Shown here one piece after another: positions 1 through 9,673 of a stretch of DNA of 64,000 nt. Every line of letters begins with the position of its first letter. The stretch's first letter is position 1. This DNA is from Alphaproteobacteria bacterium. Lineage in GTDB: Bacteria > Pseudomonadota > Alphaproteobacteria > GCA-2731375. Made by a program: the position numbers and the translations under genes. Location: the NCBI GenBank assembly GCA_965225945.1, contig CBDDBZ010000038.1, positions 384,001 through 448,000 of the forward strand, given 5' to 3'. A model generated the notes under the pieces. The model saw nothing but the letters and a program-made list of their open reading frames with translations, was not told the DNA's origin and searched no databases.

Positions 1-484
1 GGGATTCGAGGAAGACGTTGTCGCCCCAGTGCTCGTGCAGCAGGGGCGCCTCGCCATCCCGCGCCCGCAACATGTCGTGAACTGCGCCCAGGCTCTCGTA
101 GTCGAAGCCGAGCGAGGCCGCGATGTCTTCCGCCGCCGCCCGAGTGTCGGCGACGCACATGGCCACCAGCTCGCCGACCAGGCGAACCTTCTCGCGCGCC
201 AGCACCGGCTGTTCGGAGACCTTGAAGCCGGGCAGCGCCGAGACCGCTCTGATCGGCTTCACCTCGGCGAGGTCGGCAGCGGTGAAGACGTTTTCTGAAT
301 GTTCGGGCGGCACGCGGACGCCCAGTATTCGGGCATGCGCCACGGATGAGCGAAGGAAGGCGACCTCGCGTAGCCCTGGCGGTTTGATGTCGGCGACGAA
401 CTGGCCCCGGCCGCGCAAGTGCCGGTCGTCCTCCTTGCGGGGCAGTCGCGCGCCGACGCCCTGGCCGTCCCCGCCGCCGGCCAT
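1..484 (-). CDS. Xanthine dehydrogenase/CoxL-family molybdopterin-binding subunit, N-terminal part (runs off window start)
   Basis: Manual translation from ATG 484: MAGGGDGQGVGARLPRKEDDRHLRGRGQFVADI...FLRSSVAHARI...KVRLVGELVAMCVA, a typical Mo-hydroxylase large-subunit N-terminus. Confidence 0.85.
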   Translation of the reverse strand, partial: MAGGGDGQGVGARLPRKEDDRHLRGRGQFVADIKPPGLREVAFLRSSVAHARILGVRVPPEHSENVFTAADLAEVKPIRAVSALPGFKVSEQPVLAREKVRLVGELVAMCVADTRAAAEDIAASLGFDYESLGAVHDMLRARDGEAPLLHEHWGDNVFLES

Positions 485-486
485 TC

Positions 487-1755
487 TCAGGCCGCCATCG
501 GCAGCGGCAGGATCGGCGCGTCGGCATCGAAGCGTTCGCCGGCGCGCAGGCAGAAGGCGGGCGTCAGCATCCGCTCGGCGGTCACGCATCCGCCGGCGTT
601 GTCCTTCAGGATCCAGCGGCCGCGGTCGTCGTTCAGCACCGAGACGTCGGCGAGGGCGCCCGGGGCGAGCGTGCCGATTTCGCCCTCCAGCGCGAGCAGT
701 TCGGCACAATTCGTGCTCACCATCGCCACGATATCGGGCAACCCCACGCCGAGGGCCAGCAGCTCGGTCATGGCGAAGGTCAGGTTGAACTTCTCGGCAC
801 CGGCGATTATGTGCTCTTCGTCCGAATGCGCCTCGGGCGCGCCGGGGGGCGGCGGCACCTCGGTGTTGTAGCCGTGCAAGTTGGCGCCCAGCGTGTCGGG
901 CAGAATGTCCGCGTCCAGCACCCGTTTGGCGATCTCGAGGCTGAAGTGCGAGCCGTGTCCGACGTCGGTCTTGACACCCTTGGCCAGCGCCACGGCCAGC
1001 GCTGGATGGAGCTTGCCGTCCAGGTCGGTGAAACCGCCCGGATGGCGCGTGAAGGGATGCGCCAGCACGTCGCCCGGATCCAGCAGCTCGACGACGGCGG
1101 GCAGAATGGCGTCGACGTCCCAGACCTCGCTCGGCCTCTCCGGCGTCGGCCAAAGCTGGCCGAAATGGAGGTAGAGCGGGAGCTCGAGGTCGTGGCTGAT
1201 CCGCTTCGACAGGCGGATCACCTCGATCCCCCAGCGCTGGAAGCCGCCGATCTCGGCATGTGCCTTGATGCCCTTCACCAGGTCGCGATTGGCCTCCGCC
1301 ACCCGCACGGTCTGCTCGACGTCGACGCCGCTGGGTCCGTAGAGATCGGGGTAGTAATGGCCTTCCAGGCCGCCGACCACATAGGCCGAGATGAAGGCGA
1401 GGACGCGGCTTCGGGCCGGCTCGGCGATAAAATGGCGAAAGCCGGGAAAGGTCATGCAGCTCGGTCCGCCCTGATCGACCACGGTCGTAACGCCGGAATG
1501 CACGCCCACCATGTCGGCCTCGAGGCCGAAGCGGCCGCTGACATGGCGGTAGACGTGGGCATGGCTGTCGATCATTCCCGGAATGACCAGCTTGCCCCGA
1601 ACGTCGACGACCTCGCCCGCGCCATCGCTCGCGATGGTCTCGGCCACCCGGGCGATACGCCCGTCGGCGACGGCGACGTCCATCACGCGATCGAGGCCGC
1701 TGGCCGGGTCGATCACATGCCCGCCCTCGAGCAAGAGTTGAATTTCCGCCGTCAT
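487..1755 (-). CDS. Amidohydrolase/deacetylase family metallohydrolase (dihydroorotase-like)
   Basis: Probable start MTAEIQLLLEGGHVIDP within the 739-aa ORF; PGMIDSHAH, GVTTVVDQG, GIKAHAE and DVGHGSHF motifs. Confidence 0.85.
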   Translation of the reverse strand: MTAEIQLLLEGGHVIDPASGLDRVMDVAVADGRIARVAETIASDGAGEVVDVRGKLVIPGMIDSHAHVYRHVSGRFGLEADMVGVHSGVTTVVDQGGPSCMTFPGFRHFIAEPARSRVLAFISAYVVGGLEGHYYPDLYGPSGVDVEQTVRVAEANRDLVKGIKAHAEIGGFQRWGIEVIRLSKRISHDLELPLYLHFGQLWPTPERPSEVWDVDAILPAVVELLDPGDVLAHPFTRHPGGFTDLDGKLHPALAVALAKGVKTDVGHGSHFSLEIAKRVLDADILPDTLGANLHGYNTEVPPPPGAPEAHSDEEHIIAGAEKFNLTFAMTELLALGVGLPDIVAMVSTNCAELLALEGEIGTLAPGALADVSVLNDDRGRWILKDNAGGCVTAERMLTPAFCLRAGERFDADAPILPLPMAA

Positions 1756-1898
1756 CTCATTTCTCCCGCGTCCGAAGTGTCGATGCGATCGGCCGTCGTG
1801 CCCATGGCTGACGCCGGCCGAGATCCTTGCATGATGTCGCCAAAGCGGCCGCGCCAGAAGAGATTTTTCGCACGCTCCGGTTCCCTTCGCCGCGAGGC

Positions 1899-3239
1899 TC
1901 AGGCCGCCAGCACCGCCTCGAAGGCTCGAGCGATCGCGAACAACGCCTCGTCCCCGCCGTGCTTTCCCGTCAGCATCAAGCCGACCGGTGCCGCGCCCGG
2001 CGCGTGGACGGGGAGCGAGATCGAACAGAGATCGAGGAAATTGGCGAGGCTGGGATTGCGCAGCATCGCCAGATTGATCCGGGCGTAGTCCGCGTCGTCC
2101 TCGAGTTCGGCCAGCCTCGGCGCGATCATCGGCACCGTCGGACAGGCCAGCACGTCGAGGGCCGCCGTCGCCTCGGCGATGGCCTCGCTCATCTCTCGGC
2201 GCGCGATCAGCAGGTCGATATAGTCCGCCGCCAATTGTTCCTCGCCCCTGGCGATGCGGCTGGCGACGCGGGGGTCGTAAGCCGCGGCCTCGCGCGCCAG
2301 ATGATCGCGGTGGACATGATAGGCCTCCGCCGCCGCCAGGCCGCCCTTGGCGTTGATTGCGGGCAGTCGGTCGAGCTCGGGCAAGGCGACGTCCTCGATC
2401 CGGGCGCCCGCCGCGCTCAGCCTCGCCAGCGCGCGAGCAAAATCCCGGGCGACGGCCGCGTCCCAATCTTCCGTCACGTAGTTGGCAATGACCCCGACCC
2501 GCACGCCGCCGGCCGCCCTCTCGGCCACGACGTCGGCGCCGGACCCTGAAATGATGCCGTCGACGGCGGCGACGCAGCCGACCGAAGGCGCGAGCGAGCC
2601 GATCGAATCGAGACTGAAGGAGAGCGGCGTGACGCCCTCCAGCGGCACCCGCTTCGCCGTGGGCTTGTAGCCGGTCAGCCCGCAGAGCGCGGTGGGAATG
2701 CGGCACGACCCGCCGGTGTCGGTGCCCATGCCGGCGGCGGCCATGCCGTCGGTCACCGAGATCGCGGCGCCCGAGGACGAGCCGCCCGGGATTCGGGCCC
2801 CCTCCCGGTCATGGGGGTTCAGCGGCGTGCCGTGGTGGGGGTTCAAGCCGACGCCGGAATAGGCGAACTCCGTCATGTTGGTGCGACCGACGAAGACGAA
2901 GCCGGCGGCGCGCAGGCGGGCGACGACCGGGCAATCGCGTTCCGCCGGCGGATTGTCGCGAAAGATCCGCGAGCCCGCCCCGGTGACCTCGCCTTCCATG
3001 TCGAAGAGATCCTTGATCGAGATCGGAATGCCGTGCCAGCGCGAGCGGGCGCGGCCCTCGGCCCGGGCGGAATCGGCTTGGTCCGCCGCCGCCCGCGCCG
3101 CGTCGGCCCGAAGGGCCACGAACACCCGTTTCCCCTCGCCGCGCGGATCCTCGGCTGCCGCCAAGCAGCGCTCCACCAGCTCGCGGCTCGTGACCCGGCC
3201 GGCGCCCAGGTCGTCGGATAGTTCTCGCAGCGTCTGCAT
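1899..3239 (-). CDS. Amidase signature family protein
   Basis: ISIKDLFD, GRTNMTEFA, PGGSSSG and GTDTGGSCRIP motifs; start MQTLREL. Confidence 0.92.
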   Translation of the reverse strand: MQTLRELSDDLGAGRVTSRELVERCLAAAEDPRGEGKRVFVALRADAARAAADQADSARAEGRARSRWHGIPISIKDLFDMEGEVTGAGSRIFRDNPPAERDCPVVARLRAAGFVFVGRTNMTEFAYSGVGLNPHHGTPLNPHDREGARIPGGSSSGAAISVTDGMAAAGMGTDTGGSCRIPTALCGLTGYKPTAKRVPLEGVTPLSFSLDSIGSLAPSVGCVAAVDGIISGSGADVVAERAAGGVRVGVIANYVTEDWDAAVARDFARALARLSAAGARIEDVALPELDRLPAINAKGGLAAAEAYHVHRDHLAREAAAYDPRVASRIARGEEQLAADYIDLLIARREMSEAIAEATAALDVLACPTVPMIAPRLAELEDDADYARINLAMLRNPSLANFLDLCSISLPVHAPGAAPVGLMLTGKHGGDEALFAIARAFEAVLAA

Positions 3240-3385
3240 ACTCTCGCCCGTCGTCGCTCGTCCAGGCGCGAGTATACCGGGCCCGATGGCCCACCGCGCG
3301 CGCGATTGCGCGCCGGGCGGCGAAGCTGCCATGATGGCCAGGACGGGTGGTGGCGGCCCGGAGGCAGGGGAGGAGAAGTCTCGGC

Positions 3386-4063
3386 ATGGAACTTTCGGAC
3401 CAGACGGCGCGCGAATTCTACCAAGACATCAAGGCCAATCCGAACCGGGCCCGCTTCGGTTTCGGGCGCAAGGCCGCGATCGTCAATGTCGACCTGCAGA
3501 AGGCCTATACCTGCGTCGAGGAATTCAAGACCGCTTACGAAACCGATTCCCATCAGCTCGACTACGTCAACCAGATCTCCAACGCGGCGCGCGAGAAGCA
3601 CCTGCCGGTGGTCTGGACGCGGGTCGGCTACGGTGAGAACGCCGAGGACTGCGGCGTTTGGGGCACCCGCACCGACACCCCCGATTCGCTTCAGAACATC
3701 AAAATCGGCGCCCGCCGGCACGAATTCGACGACCGCCTTGAGATCGAGGAGGCGCACGATCTGGTCTACACCAAGCGCATGCCGTCGGCCTTCTTCGAGA
3801 CATCCCTGGCCTCGTTCCTGGTCTTCCATCGCGTCGACACGGTGATCGTCACCGGCGGCTCGACGTCTGGATGCGTGCGGGCGACCGTGGTCGACAGCCT
3901 GGCGCACGGCTACCGCACGATCGTTCCCGAGGAGTGCGTCGCCGACAAGCACGAGATCCCGCACTTCGCCAACCTGGCGGACATGATGCTGAAATATGCC
4001 GATGTCGTGCCGGTCGCCGACGTGATCGACTACCTGGCCGACTACCGGCCCTCCAACGCGTGA
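3386..4063 (+). CDS. Isochorismatase/cysteine hydrolase family (maleamate/N-carbamoylsarcosine amidase-like)
   Basis: NVDLQKAY, KRMPSAFF and TGGSTSGCVRAT motifs (Asp-Lys-Cys triad). Confidence 0.9.
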   Translation: MELSDQTAREFYQDIKANPNRARFGFGRKAAIVNVDLQKAYTCVEEFKTAYETDSHQLDYVNQISNAAREKHLPVVWTRVGYGENAEDCGVWGTRTDTPDSLQNIKIGARRHEFDDRLEIEEAHDLVYTKRMPSAFFETSLASFLVFHRVDTVIVTGGSTSGCVRATVVDSLAHGYRTIVPEECVADKHEIPHFANLADMMLKYADVVPVADVIDYLADYRPSNA

Positions 4064-4983
4064 GGCGGCCCGTGCGGCGGGATCCCGGGCTCTACGACTA
4101 CACGGCGGAGAACGATCGGCCGATCGTGCGCTGGCCGAACGGCGCGCGCGTCGCCTTCTGGGTGGCGCCCAACCTGGAATTCTACGAGTTCGAGCCTCCC
4201 GACAGCCCGCTCCGCAAGCCGTGGCCCCGCCCGGTGCCCGACGTCTTGGCCTATTCGCATCGCGATTACGGCAACCGCGTCGGCCACTGGCGCATGATGG
4301 AGGTCATGGACCGTTGCGGCGTGCGTGGCAGCGTCTCGCTGAACGTCGCCGTGTGCGAGCATCACCCCGAGATCGTCGAGGCCATGGTGAAACGCGATTG
4401 GGAGTTGATGAGCCACGGCATCTACAACACCCGCTACACCTACGCCATGAGCGAGGCCCAGGAGCGGGAGATGATCGAGGACGTCATCCGGACCATCGCC
4501 GAGCATTCCGGCCAACGGGTGGCCGGCTGGCTGTCGCCGGCCCTGACCAACACCGAGCGCACCATGGAGCTGTTGGCGGAATACGGCATCAAGTACACCT
4601 GCGACCTGTTCCATGACGACCAGCCGCAGCCGGTGCGGACGACGCGCGGCCGGCTGATCAGCGTGCCCTATTCGCTGGAGATGAACGACACGGTGGTGTT
4701 GCTCTTCAACGCCGGTTCGCCCCGCTACTACGCCGAGATTCTGAAACGCCAGTTCGACCAGCTCTACGAGGAAGGGGCGGAGAACGGCAAGGTGATGTGC
4801 ATCCCGCTCCACCCCTTCCTGATCGGACAGCCGCATCGCATCGGTCCCTTCGCCGAGGCGCTGGAATACATCACCGGGCACGACGAGGTCTGGATCACCA
4901 CCGGGCGGGAAATCGCCGAGTGGTATGACGCGCATTACTACGACGCGGCCCTCGCCTTCGCGCGCGCCCGTGGGGGGGCGTGA
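4060..4983 (+). CDS. Polysaccharide deacetylase/PuuE-like hydrolase 1
   Basis: WPNGARVAFWV, RDYGNRVG, ELMSHG, GWLSP, IPLHPFLIGQP; GTG start overlaps the upstream TGA. Confidence 0.88.
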   Translation: MRRPVRRDPGLYDYTAENDRPIVRWPNGARVAFWVAPNLEFYEFEPPDSPLRKPWPRPVPDVLAYSHRDYGNRVGHWRMMEVMDRCGVRGSVSLNVAVCEHHPEIVEAMVKRDWELMSHGIYNTRYTYAMSEAQEREMIEDVIRTIAEHSGQRVAGWLSPALTNTERTMELLAEYGIKYTCDLFHDDQPQPVRTTRGRLISVPYSLEMNDTVVLLFNAGSPRYYAEILKRQFDQLYEEGAENGKVMCIPLHPFLIGQPHRIGPFAEALEYITGHDEVWITTGREIAEWYDAHYYDAALAFARARGGA

Positions 4984-5927
4984 CGATCATGGATCTGCCC
5001 GCGGACTATCTGCGCTATCCCCGCCGGATGCGCGGCATGGACCATGACCGCTACGACTGGTCGATCCTGCCGCGCCGCGACCCGGTCGTCTGGCCGGGCG
5101 GCGCCCGGCTGGCGCTTTGGGTGGTGGTGGCGCTGGAATGGTTCCCGCTCGATATGACGGGAAAACCGTTTCTGCTGCCGGGCGGTTTCACCCGGCCCTA
5201 TCCCGACTATTGGAACTACACGACCCGCGACTATGGCAACCGGATCGGCATTTTCAGGGTGATGCGGGTGCTCGACGACCTCGCCATCCCAGCCTCGGCG
5301 GCAATGAACTCGGCCTTGGCGGAGCGCCATCCGAGCCTGGTCGAGGAGATCGTCCGGCGGAAATGGGAGATCATCGCCCACGGCGTCGACATGAGCCGGC
5401 CGCTCCATGGCGCCATGGATGGAGCCGAGGAAGCGGCGCTGGTGGAAGAATCGGTGACGGTGTTGCGCCGCCTCTCCGGCCAGCCAGTCAACGGCTGGCT
5501 GTCGCCGGGCCGCTCGGAATCGCTGGACACGCCCGACATCGTCGCACGCCACGCCATCAGGTACCTTTGCGATTGGGCCAACGACGACATGCCCTACGCC
5601 ATGCGGACGGCGGCGGGCCGGCTCCACGCCATGCCGCACGGCCACGAGCTGGACGATCACCTGATTCTGGTCCGCGACCACCACGGAGAGGACTCGTTCT
5701 GCCGCCAGATCGTCGATCAATTCGATGCTCTCTACCGGGAGGCGGAGTCCGACGGCGGGCGCATCCTGGCGATCAGCCTGCATCCCTGGGTGATCGGCCA
5801 GGCGTTCCGCATCGCCTCGCTGCGCGCGGCGCTGGAGCACGTCATGGCGCACGACGGCGTGTGGGCGGCGACGGGGACGGAAATACTGGACGCCTTCGAG
5901 GCGCGGGGCGCGACCCGGGAGACGTAG
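4980..5927 (+). CDS. Polysaccharide deacetylase/PuuE-like hydrolase 2
   Basis: WPGGARLALWV, RDYGNRIG, EIIAHG, GWLSPG, ISLHPWVIGQ; paralog of the preceding gene. Confidence 0.88.
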   Translation: MTIMDLPADYLRYPRRMRGMDHDRYDWSILPRRDPVVWPGGARLALWVVVALEWFPLDMTGKPFLLPGGFTRPYPDYWNYTTRDYGNRIGIFRVMRVLDDLAIPASAAMNSALAERHPSLVEEIVRRKWEIIAHGVDMSRPLHGAMDGAEEAALVEESVTVLRRLSGQPVNGWLSPGRSESLDTPDIVARHAIRYLCDWANDDMPYAMRTAAGRLHAMPHGHELDDHLILVRDHHGEDSFCRQIVDQFDALYREAESDGGRILAISLHPWVIGQAFRIASLRAALEHVMAHDGVWAATGTEILDAFEARGATRET

Positions 5928-6039
5928 AAGCGAGGCGCGGGCACGGAGACTGGGTTCCGGCCGGTCGCGGAGACCATCATCTAGGACGCCGAGGTCGCCA
6001 TGCAGGCGGCGCTTCAGGGCCGAGGCGTGGCGCGCGGCG

Positions 6040-6217
6040 TGGCACCCACCACCGGCTGGGCGATGAAGGCGATGACGCTCGCCTCGCCCAACGCCTCGAT
6101 CTTGGTCTCCAGCTCGTCGGCGACGCGCAGGCCGTGGGCCACCTCGCTCTCGCCGGCCTGCTTGAAGCGGTAGGGAAAGCGGGCTGAGATGTGGTGCGCC
6201 GCAATCAACAGCGGCTC
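6040..6217 (-). pseudogene. Internal fragment of a class III aminotransferase
   Basis: EPLLIAAHHISARFPYRFKQAGESEVAHGLRVADELETKIEALGEASVIAFIAQPVVGAT resembles the AFIAEPVVGAT region; no N- or C-terminal remainder. Confidence 0.7.
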
Positions 6218-6307
6218 GTCGGTGCAATTCATTTTTTTGGAAAGCTCTTCGCCTCGCGCTAGCTGCGAGTTTAGAATGCCTCGTGGTCCACCTAGTAGGA
6301 GGCGCGA

Positions 6308-7468
6308 TTGGGCATCCGCGATGTCCATCTGGCCATCGTCATGTTGGCGATCGTCGGATCGGCGGCTGTCTTGGCCTCGCCGTGCTGGGCAGAACAAGAC
6401 GCCGACCCGGTTCGTCGAGTTCAGGAACGTCTGATCGGAGCTGGATATAGGCCGGGTCCGACGGGTGACGTTATGCAGCCTCGGACAGGTAAAGACCTAT
6501 GTGCCCTCCAAAGTAAGGAGGGTATGCCGCCGCACGGCAATGTCGACGTTTGGACAAAGCGGTACCTCGTCGTCGCGGCGCGATCCGCGTCAAGGGCCTG
6601 GCCTACCCCAGGTTCGGGTGAAGTGTCACTGGCATTGCGACGGATACAGCAGCAGTTGGCACTGTTGGGCCATGATCCGGGACCGGCCAACGGCATGTTG
6701 GGCCTCAAGACGCGTAGTGCGATCCGACGCTTCCAAGAGAGTCAAGGCTTGCCGCCGACAGGTGAGCCGGACGATTTGACGAGGGCCGCCCTGGCTTCCA
6801 AAGCGGGCAAGGCATCGTCGCGTAGGGTAGGTGCCGCGTCGGGAGAAGTGTCGATTTGGACATACCAGGCGCAGAAGAAGCTGAAGTCGCTTGGCTACGA
6901 TCCGGGAGCGATCAACGGTGTCATGTCTCGGAAGACACGAGCAGCGCTGATCAGGTTCCAAGAAGTTTCAGGCCTCAAGTCGTCCGGTGACATCGATTCG
7001 GCGACGAGAGCGGCGCTGGACGGGGCGGAACCGATCGCGCTGCCGCTTTCCACTGGCGGAGCCGAAGGACAGGTCGCAAGGATGCCGACCGACGATGCCG
7101 CCCCCGTCGACGTCGCGGCGACGCCGCCCGGGTCTGCCGTGCCGTCGATCACGCCGGATGCGACAACGGCGTCGTCGGTGGCGGTTTCGCCAGCACCGAC
7201 GACATCGGGGCGGGCGGTTCAATCGTCAGGCGAACGCGCCGCGCCTGGTTCCGAGTCGAGTGGTGACGAGGGCGGCGGTGGTGGCGCGGCGATCTGGTTG
7301 TTGTTGGGCGTTGGTGCGCTCCTGCTGTGGTTTTATCGCCGGCGTCGAAAGCGGCGTCGCGCCACGGCCCCGCGAGTAACGAGGTCTAAACCCGAATCCC
7401 TTGCCCGAACCTCCGAGCCCACGGCGACCAACGCGAAATCCACAACCTGCGCGCCGGCGCCAGAGTAA
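6308..7468 (+). CDS. Signal peptide + 3 peptidoglycan-binding domains + linker + TM helix; probable N-terminal half of a frameshifted SngA-like gene
   Basis: AGGAGG at 6297-6302 before TTG; three Q..L...GY/HxPG...G....T..A...FQ...GL...G..D..T repeats (first degenerate); AIWLLLGVGALLLWFY followed by RRRRKRRR. Confidence 0.85.
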   Translation: MGIRDVHLAIVMLAIVGSAAVLASPCWAEQDADPVRRVQERLIGAGYRPGPTGDVMQPRTGKDLCALQSKEGMPPHGNVDVWTKRYLVVAARSASRAWPTPGSGEVSLALRRIQQQLALLGHDPGPANGMLGLKTRSAIRRFQESQGLPPTGEPDDLTRAALASKAGKASSRRVGAASGEVSIWTYQAQKKLKSLGYDPGAINGVMSRKTRAALIRFQEVSGLKSSGDIDSATRAALDGAEPIALPLSTGGAEGQVARMPTDDAAPVDVAATPPGSAVPSITPDATTASSVAVSPAPTTSGRAVQSSGERAAPGSESSGDEGGGGGAAIWLLLGVGALLLWFYRRRRKRRRATAPRVTRSKPESLARTSEPTATNAKSTTCAPAPE

Positions 7469-7550
7469 CGAGGTCTAAACCCGAATCCCTTGCCCGAACC
7501 TCCGAGCCCACGGCGACCAACGCGAAATCCACAACCTGCGCGCCGGCGCC
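7374..7550 (+). repeat. Exact 88-bp tandem duplication, period 89 bp (7374-7461 and 7463-7550)
   Basis: gagtaacgaggtctaaacccgaatcc...gcgccggcgcc occurs twice, separated by one A. Confidence 0.97.
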
Positions 7551-7590
7551 TCGGGGGGATCTCTGGGTTCCTGCGGGAAAATCCGCCAAA

Positions 7591-9555
7591 GTGGCCGGAC
7601 TCCAGATCGGTGGCATGGTCTACGTCGGTCGCGGCTTGGATACGGACCGCCTGGCTCGGGTCGAAAACTGCTTGATCGACCCTTCGCTCCCCGTCGCCAA
7701 GGGGCAGGCAGATAGTGGCGGTGAGTACATGCCGTACTGGCCCAGCTATTCGGACATCTCCCCGTCTTCGAGACTTGCATATCTCCAGTGGCTCGCCTCG
7801 GGGCGTTCGTCTCCAGACGTCTCTATCGGCTATGTCTTTCTCTACTTCTATGGGTTGGAACGTCGCCTACTGCTAGACCGGCCGAGCGAGGACGAATGCC
7901 GCGCGTTGATAGCCGAAGTTGAAAGGCTGCGCGGGATCTATGGGAGCAGTCGATCATTCAAACGCTATTCCGAGGCGTTGTTGGGCGCTGCGGAGGTGCT
8001 CAGACCCGAGGGCGCGATCACCAGGCCGAATTCCGAAGCGCTATTGAACCGCACGGACTGGGAACCGCCGTTATCGTTACTTCTCGATCTGGGCAAAACG
8101 ATCCTCTCGGGTCGACCCTTGGACGGTCAACAGCTCTTTTGCTGGTGGCTCGCCGACCCCGACACGCGCTTCCGTACACCGGCCCGCCGTGCCTTCCAGG
8201 GATTCGAAATGCTTTTTCAATCGCGGTTCGCGCGGGAACATCCGAATGGGCTGTCTATTAAAACGCCAAAGTCGCGATTGAAGCACGTCTATCGATCGGC
8301 CAGCGGTTCGTTCGAGAGGAATTTCGCGGATGAACTGAACTGGTGCTCCGACGTATCTCGGCTAAAGAAGCCGCTGAAAACGGCGGCCGAGATCGCCGAA
8401 ACCTGCATGAACGACCTCGACTCATATAGCCGTTATCTCGGCCGCAAACCGGAGGGCCGCGACACCATAGAGGCGCACGCATTGTTGCCCGCCGAACTTG
8501 CCGCCATGCTGCCGAACACGGAATTGCAGGCGCTCCGGGCCTGGGTCGATCGATGTATAGCGGATGCCGACGGTCTGGTCCGCGTCGAGCAGGTGCTGGA
8601 GCGATTGGAAGGGGAACAACCGCTAAAGGTCGGCAAAAGGTCGTTGGTCGGCGCGGCGGATGTGCTCGCGCGTGTCGGAATTGGCTTGGCGCCCGATCCG
8701 CGGTTCGCGATTCGGGCGCCTAAGCTCGGCGAACCGGTCGTTCTCTTCGAGCTGCCCGAGGAAACGACGACGTTGGAGGACGTCGGTCCGGGTTACGCGA
8801 GCGCGGTGCTCTCACTCGCCCTCGGTACGTATATCGCGCATGCGGACGGCATCGTCTCGGAAATCGAGCGGGAGCGTCTCGCGGCACAGATCGACCGTAT
8901 GGAGATTCTGTCGAAGGGCGAGCGGGCGAGGCTGCACGCGAATCTGCAATGGATGATAGCGGTACCGCCGACCTTGGCGCCGGTACGCAAGCGACTGTCC
9001 AGACTGCCCGAAGAGCAGAAGCACGAACTCGGTCGCATCGCCATCGCCATCGCCGGCGCCGACGGGGTGGTCGATCCGGCCGAGGTCGATGCGTTGCTCA
9101 AGCTGTACCGCGTCATGGGACTGCCGCAAGACGAGATCTTTGGCGACCTGCACGCGATGGCTTCGGCCCCCGCCGAAGAGCCGGTGACGGTTCTGAAATC
9201 CTCGGGACATTCGTCTGGCTATGCGATTCCCGAACCGAAGGGGACGGGGGGCCCGGGACCAACGGGAACGGTGCAGCTCGACCTGGCTCTCGTCCAGAAG
9301 ACCATGGAAGATACGAACCTGGTCTCGGCCGTGCTGTCCGAGGTTTTCGTAGCCGACATACTGGAAGAGGAATCGGAACAGGAGGCCGACGACGGCGACG
9401 CGGAAGCGACGAAACTCGATGGTCTCGACGCTTCTCACAGGGCACTCCTCGAAGAGCTGCTGACCCGGACGTCGTGGAACGCGATCGACTTCGCCAAGCT
9501 GGCCGGACATTTCGGATTGATGAGCGGACGGTGGAACGCTCGACTTCGACGCTGA
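7591..9555 (+). CDS. sngA: TerB_N/TerB/TerB_C domain protein (Shango SngA-like), C-terminal part
   Basis: GGMVYVG, LIDPSLPV, YWPSYSDISP, YLQWLASGR, IGYVFLYFYGLERR (TerB_N); IAHADG..SEIE and AGADGVVDPAE (TerB); upstream of ATPase and helicase. Confidence 0.85.
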   Translation: MAGLQIGGMVYVGRGLDTDRLARVENCLIDPSLPVAKGQADSGGEYMPYWPSYSDISPSSRLAYLQWLASGRSSPDVSIGYVFLYFYGLERRLLLDRPSEDECRALIAEVERLRGIYGSSRSFKRYSEALLGAAEVLRPEGAITRPNSEALLNRTDWEPPLSLLLDLGKTILSGRPLDGQQLFCWWLADPDTRFRTPARRAFQGFEMLFQSRFAREHPNGLSIKTPKSRLKHVYRSASGSFERNFADELNWCSDVSRLKKPLKTAAEIAETCMNDLDSYSRYLGRKPEGRDTIEAHALLPAELAAMLPNTELQALRAWVDRCIADADGLVRVEQVLERLEGEQPLKVGKRSLVGAADVLARVGIGLAPDPRFAIRAPKLGEPVVLFELPEETTTLEDVGPGYASAVLSLALGTYIAHADGIVSEIERERLAAQIDRMEILSKGERARLHANLQWMIAVPPTLAPVRKRLSRLPEEQKHELGRIAIAIAGADGVVDPAEVDALLKLYRVMGLPQDEIFGDLHAMASAPAEEPVTVLKSSGHSSGYAIPEPKGTGGPGPTGTVQLDLALVQKTMEDTNLVSAVLSEVFVADILEEESEQEADDGDAEATKLDGLDASHRALLEELLTRTSWNAIDFAKLAGHFGLMSGRWNARLRR

Positions 9556-9673
9556 ACGACGGTGCGCTGGGCCTTCGAGACCTTTGACGAGCCGCTGTTG
9601 GAGGAAGACGACGAGTTGACGGTCAGCACCGCGATCGTCGAGTTCCTGACATACCCGACGAGGAGGGAACCAG

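Noticed and set aside
1756-2706. N-terminal extension of the 739-aa ORF as a fusion protein
   Set aside because: It overlaps the amidase in another frame; the probable start is ATG 1755
7374-7550. Direct repeats as a possible CRISPR array (also 26091-26853 and 55484-55526)
   Set aside because: No repeat-spacer periodicity, wrong unit sizes and no cas genes
9553-9555. TGA in sngA (and TGA at HicA codon 4) as selenocysteine
   Set aside because: Not at Cys or redox positions and no SECIS-like hairpin noted; explained by indels or nonsense mutation
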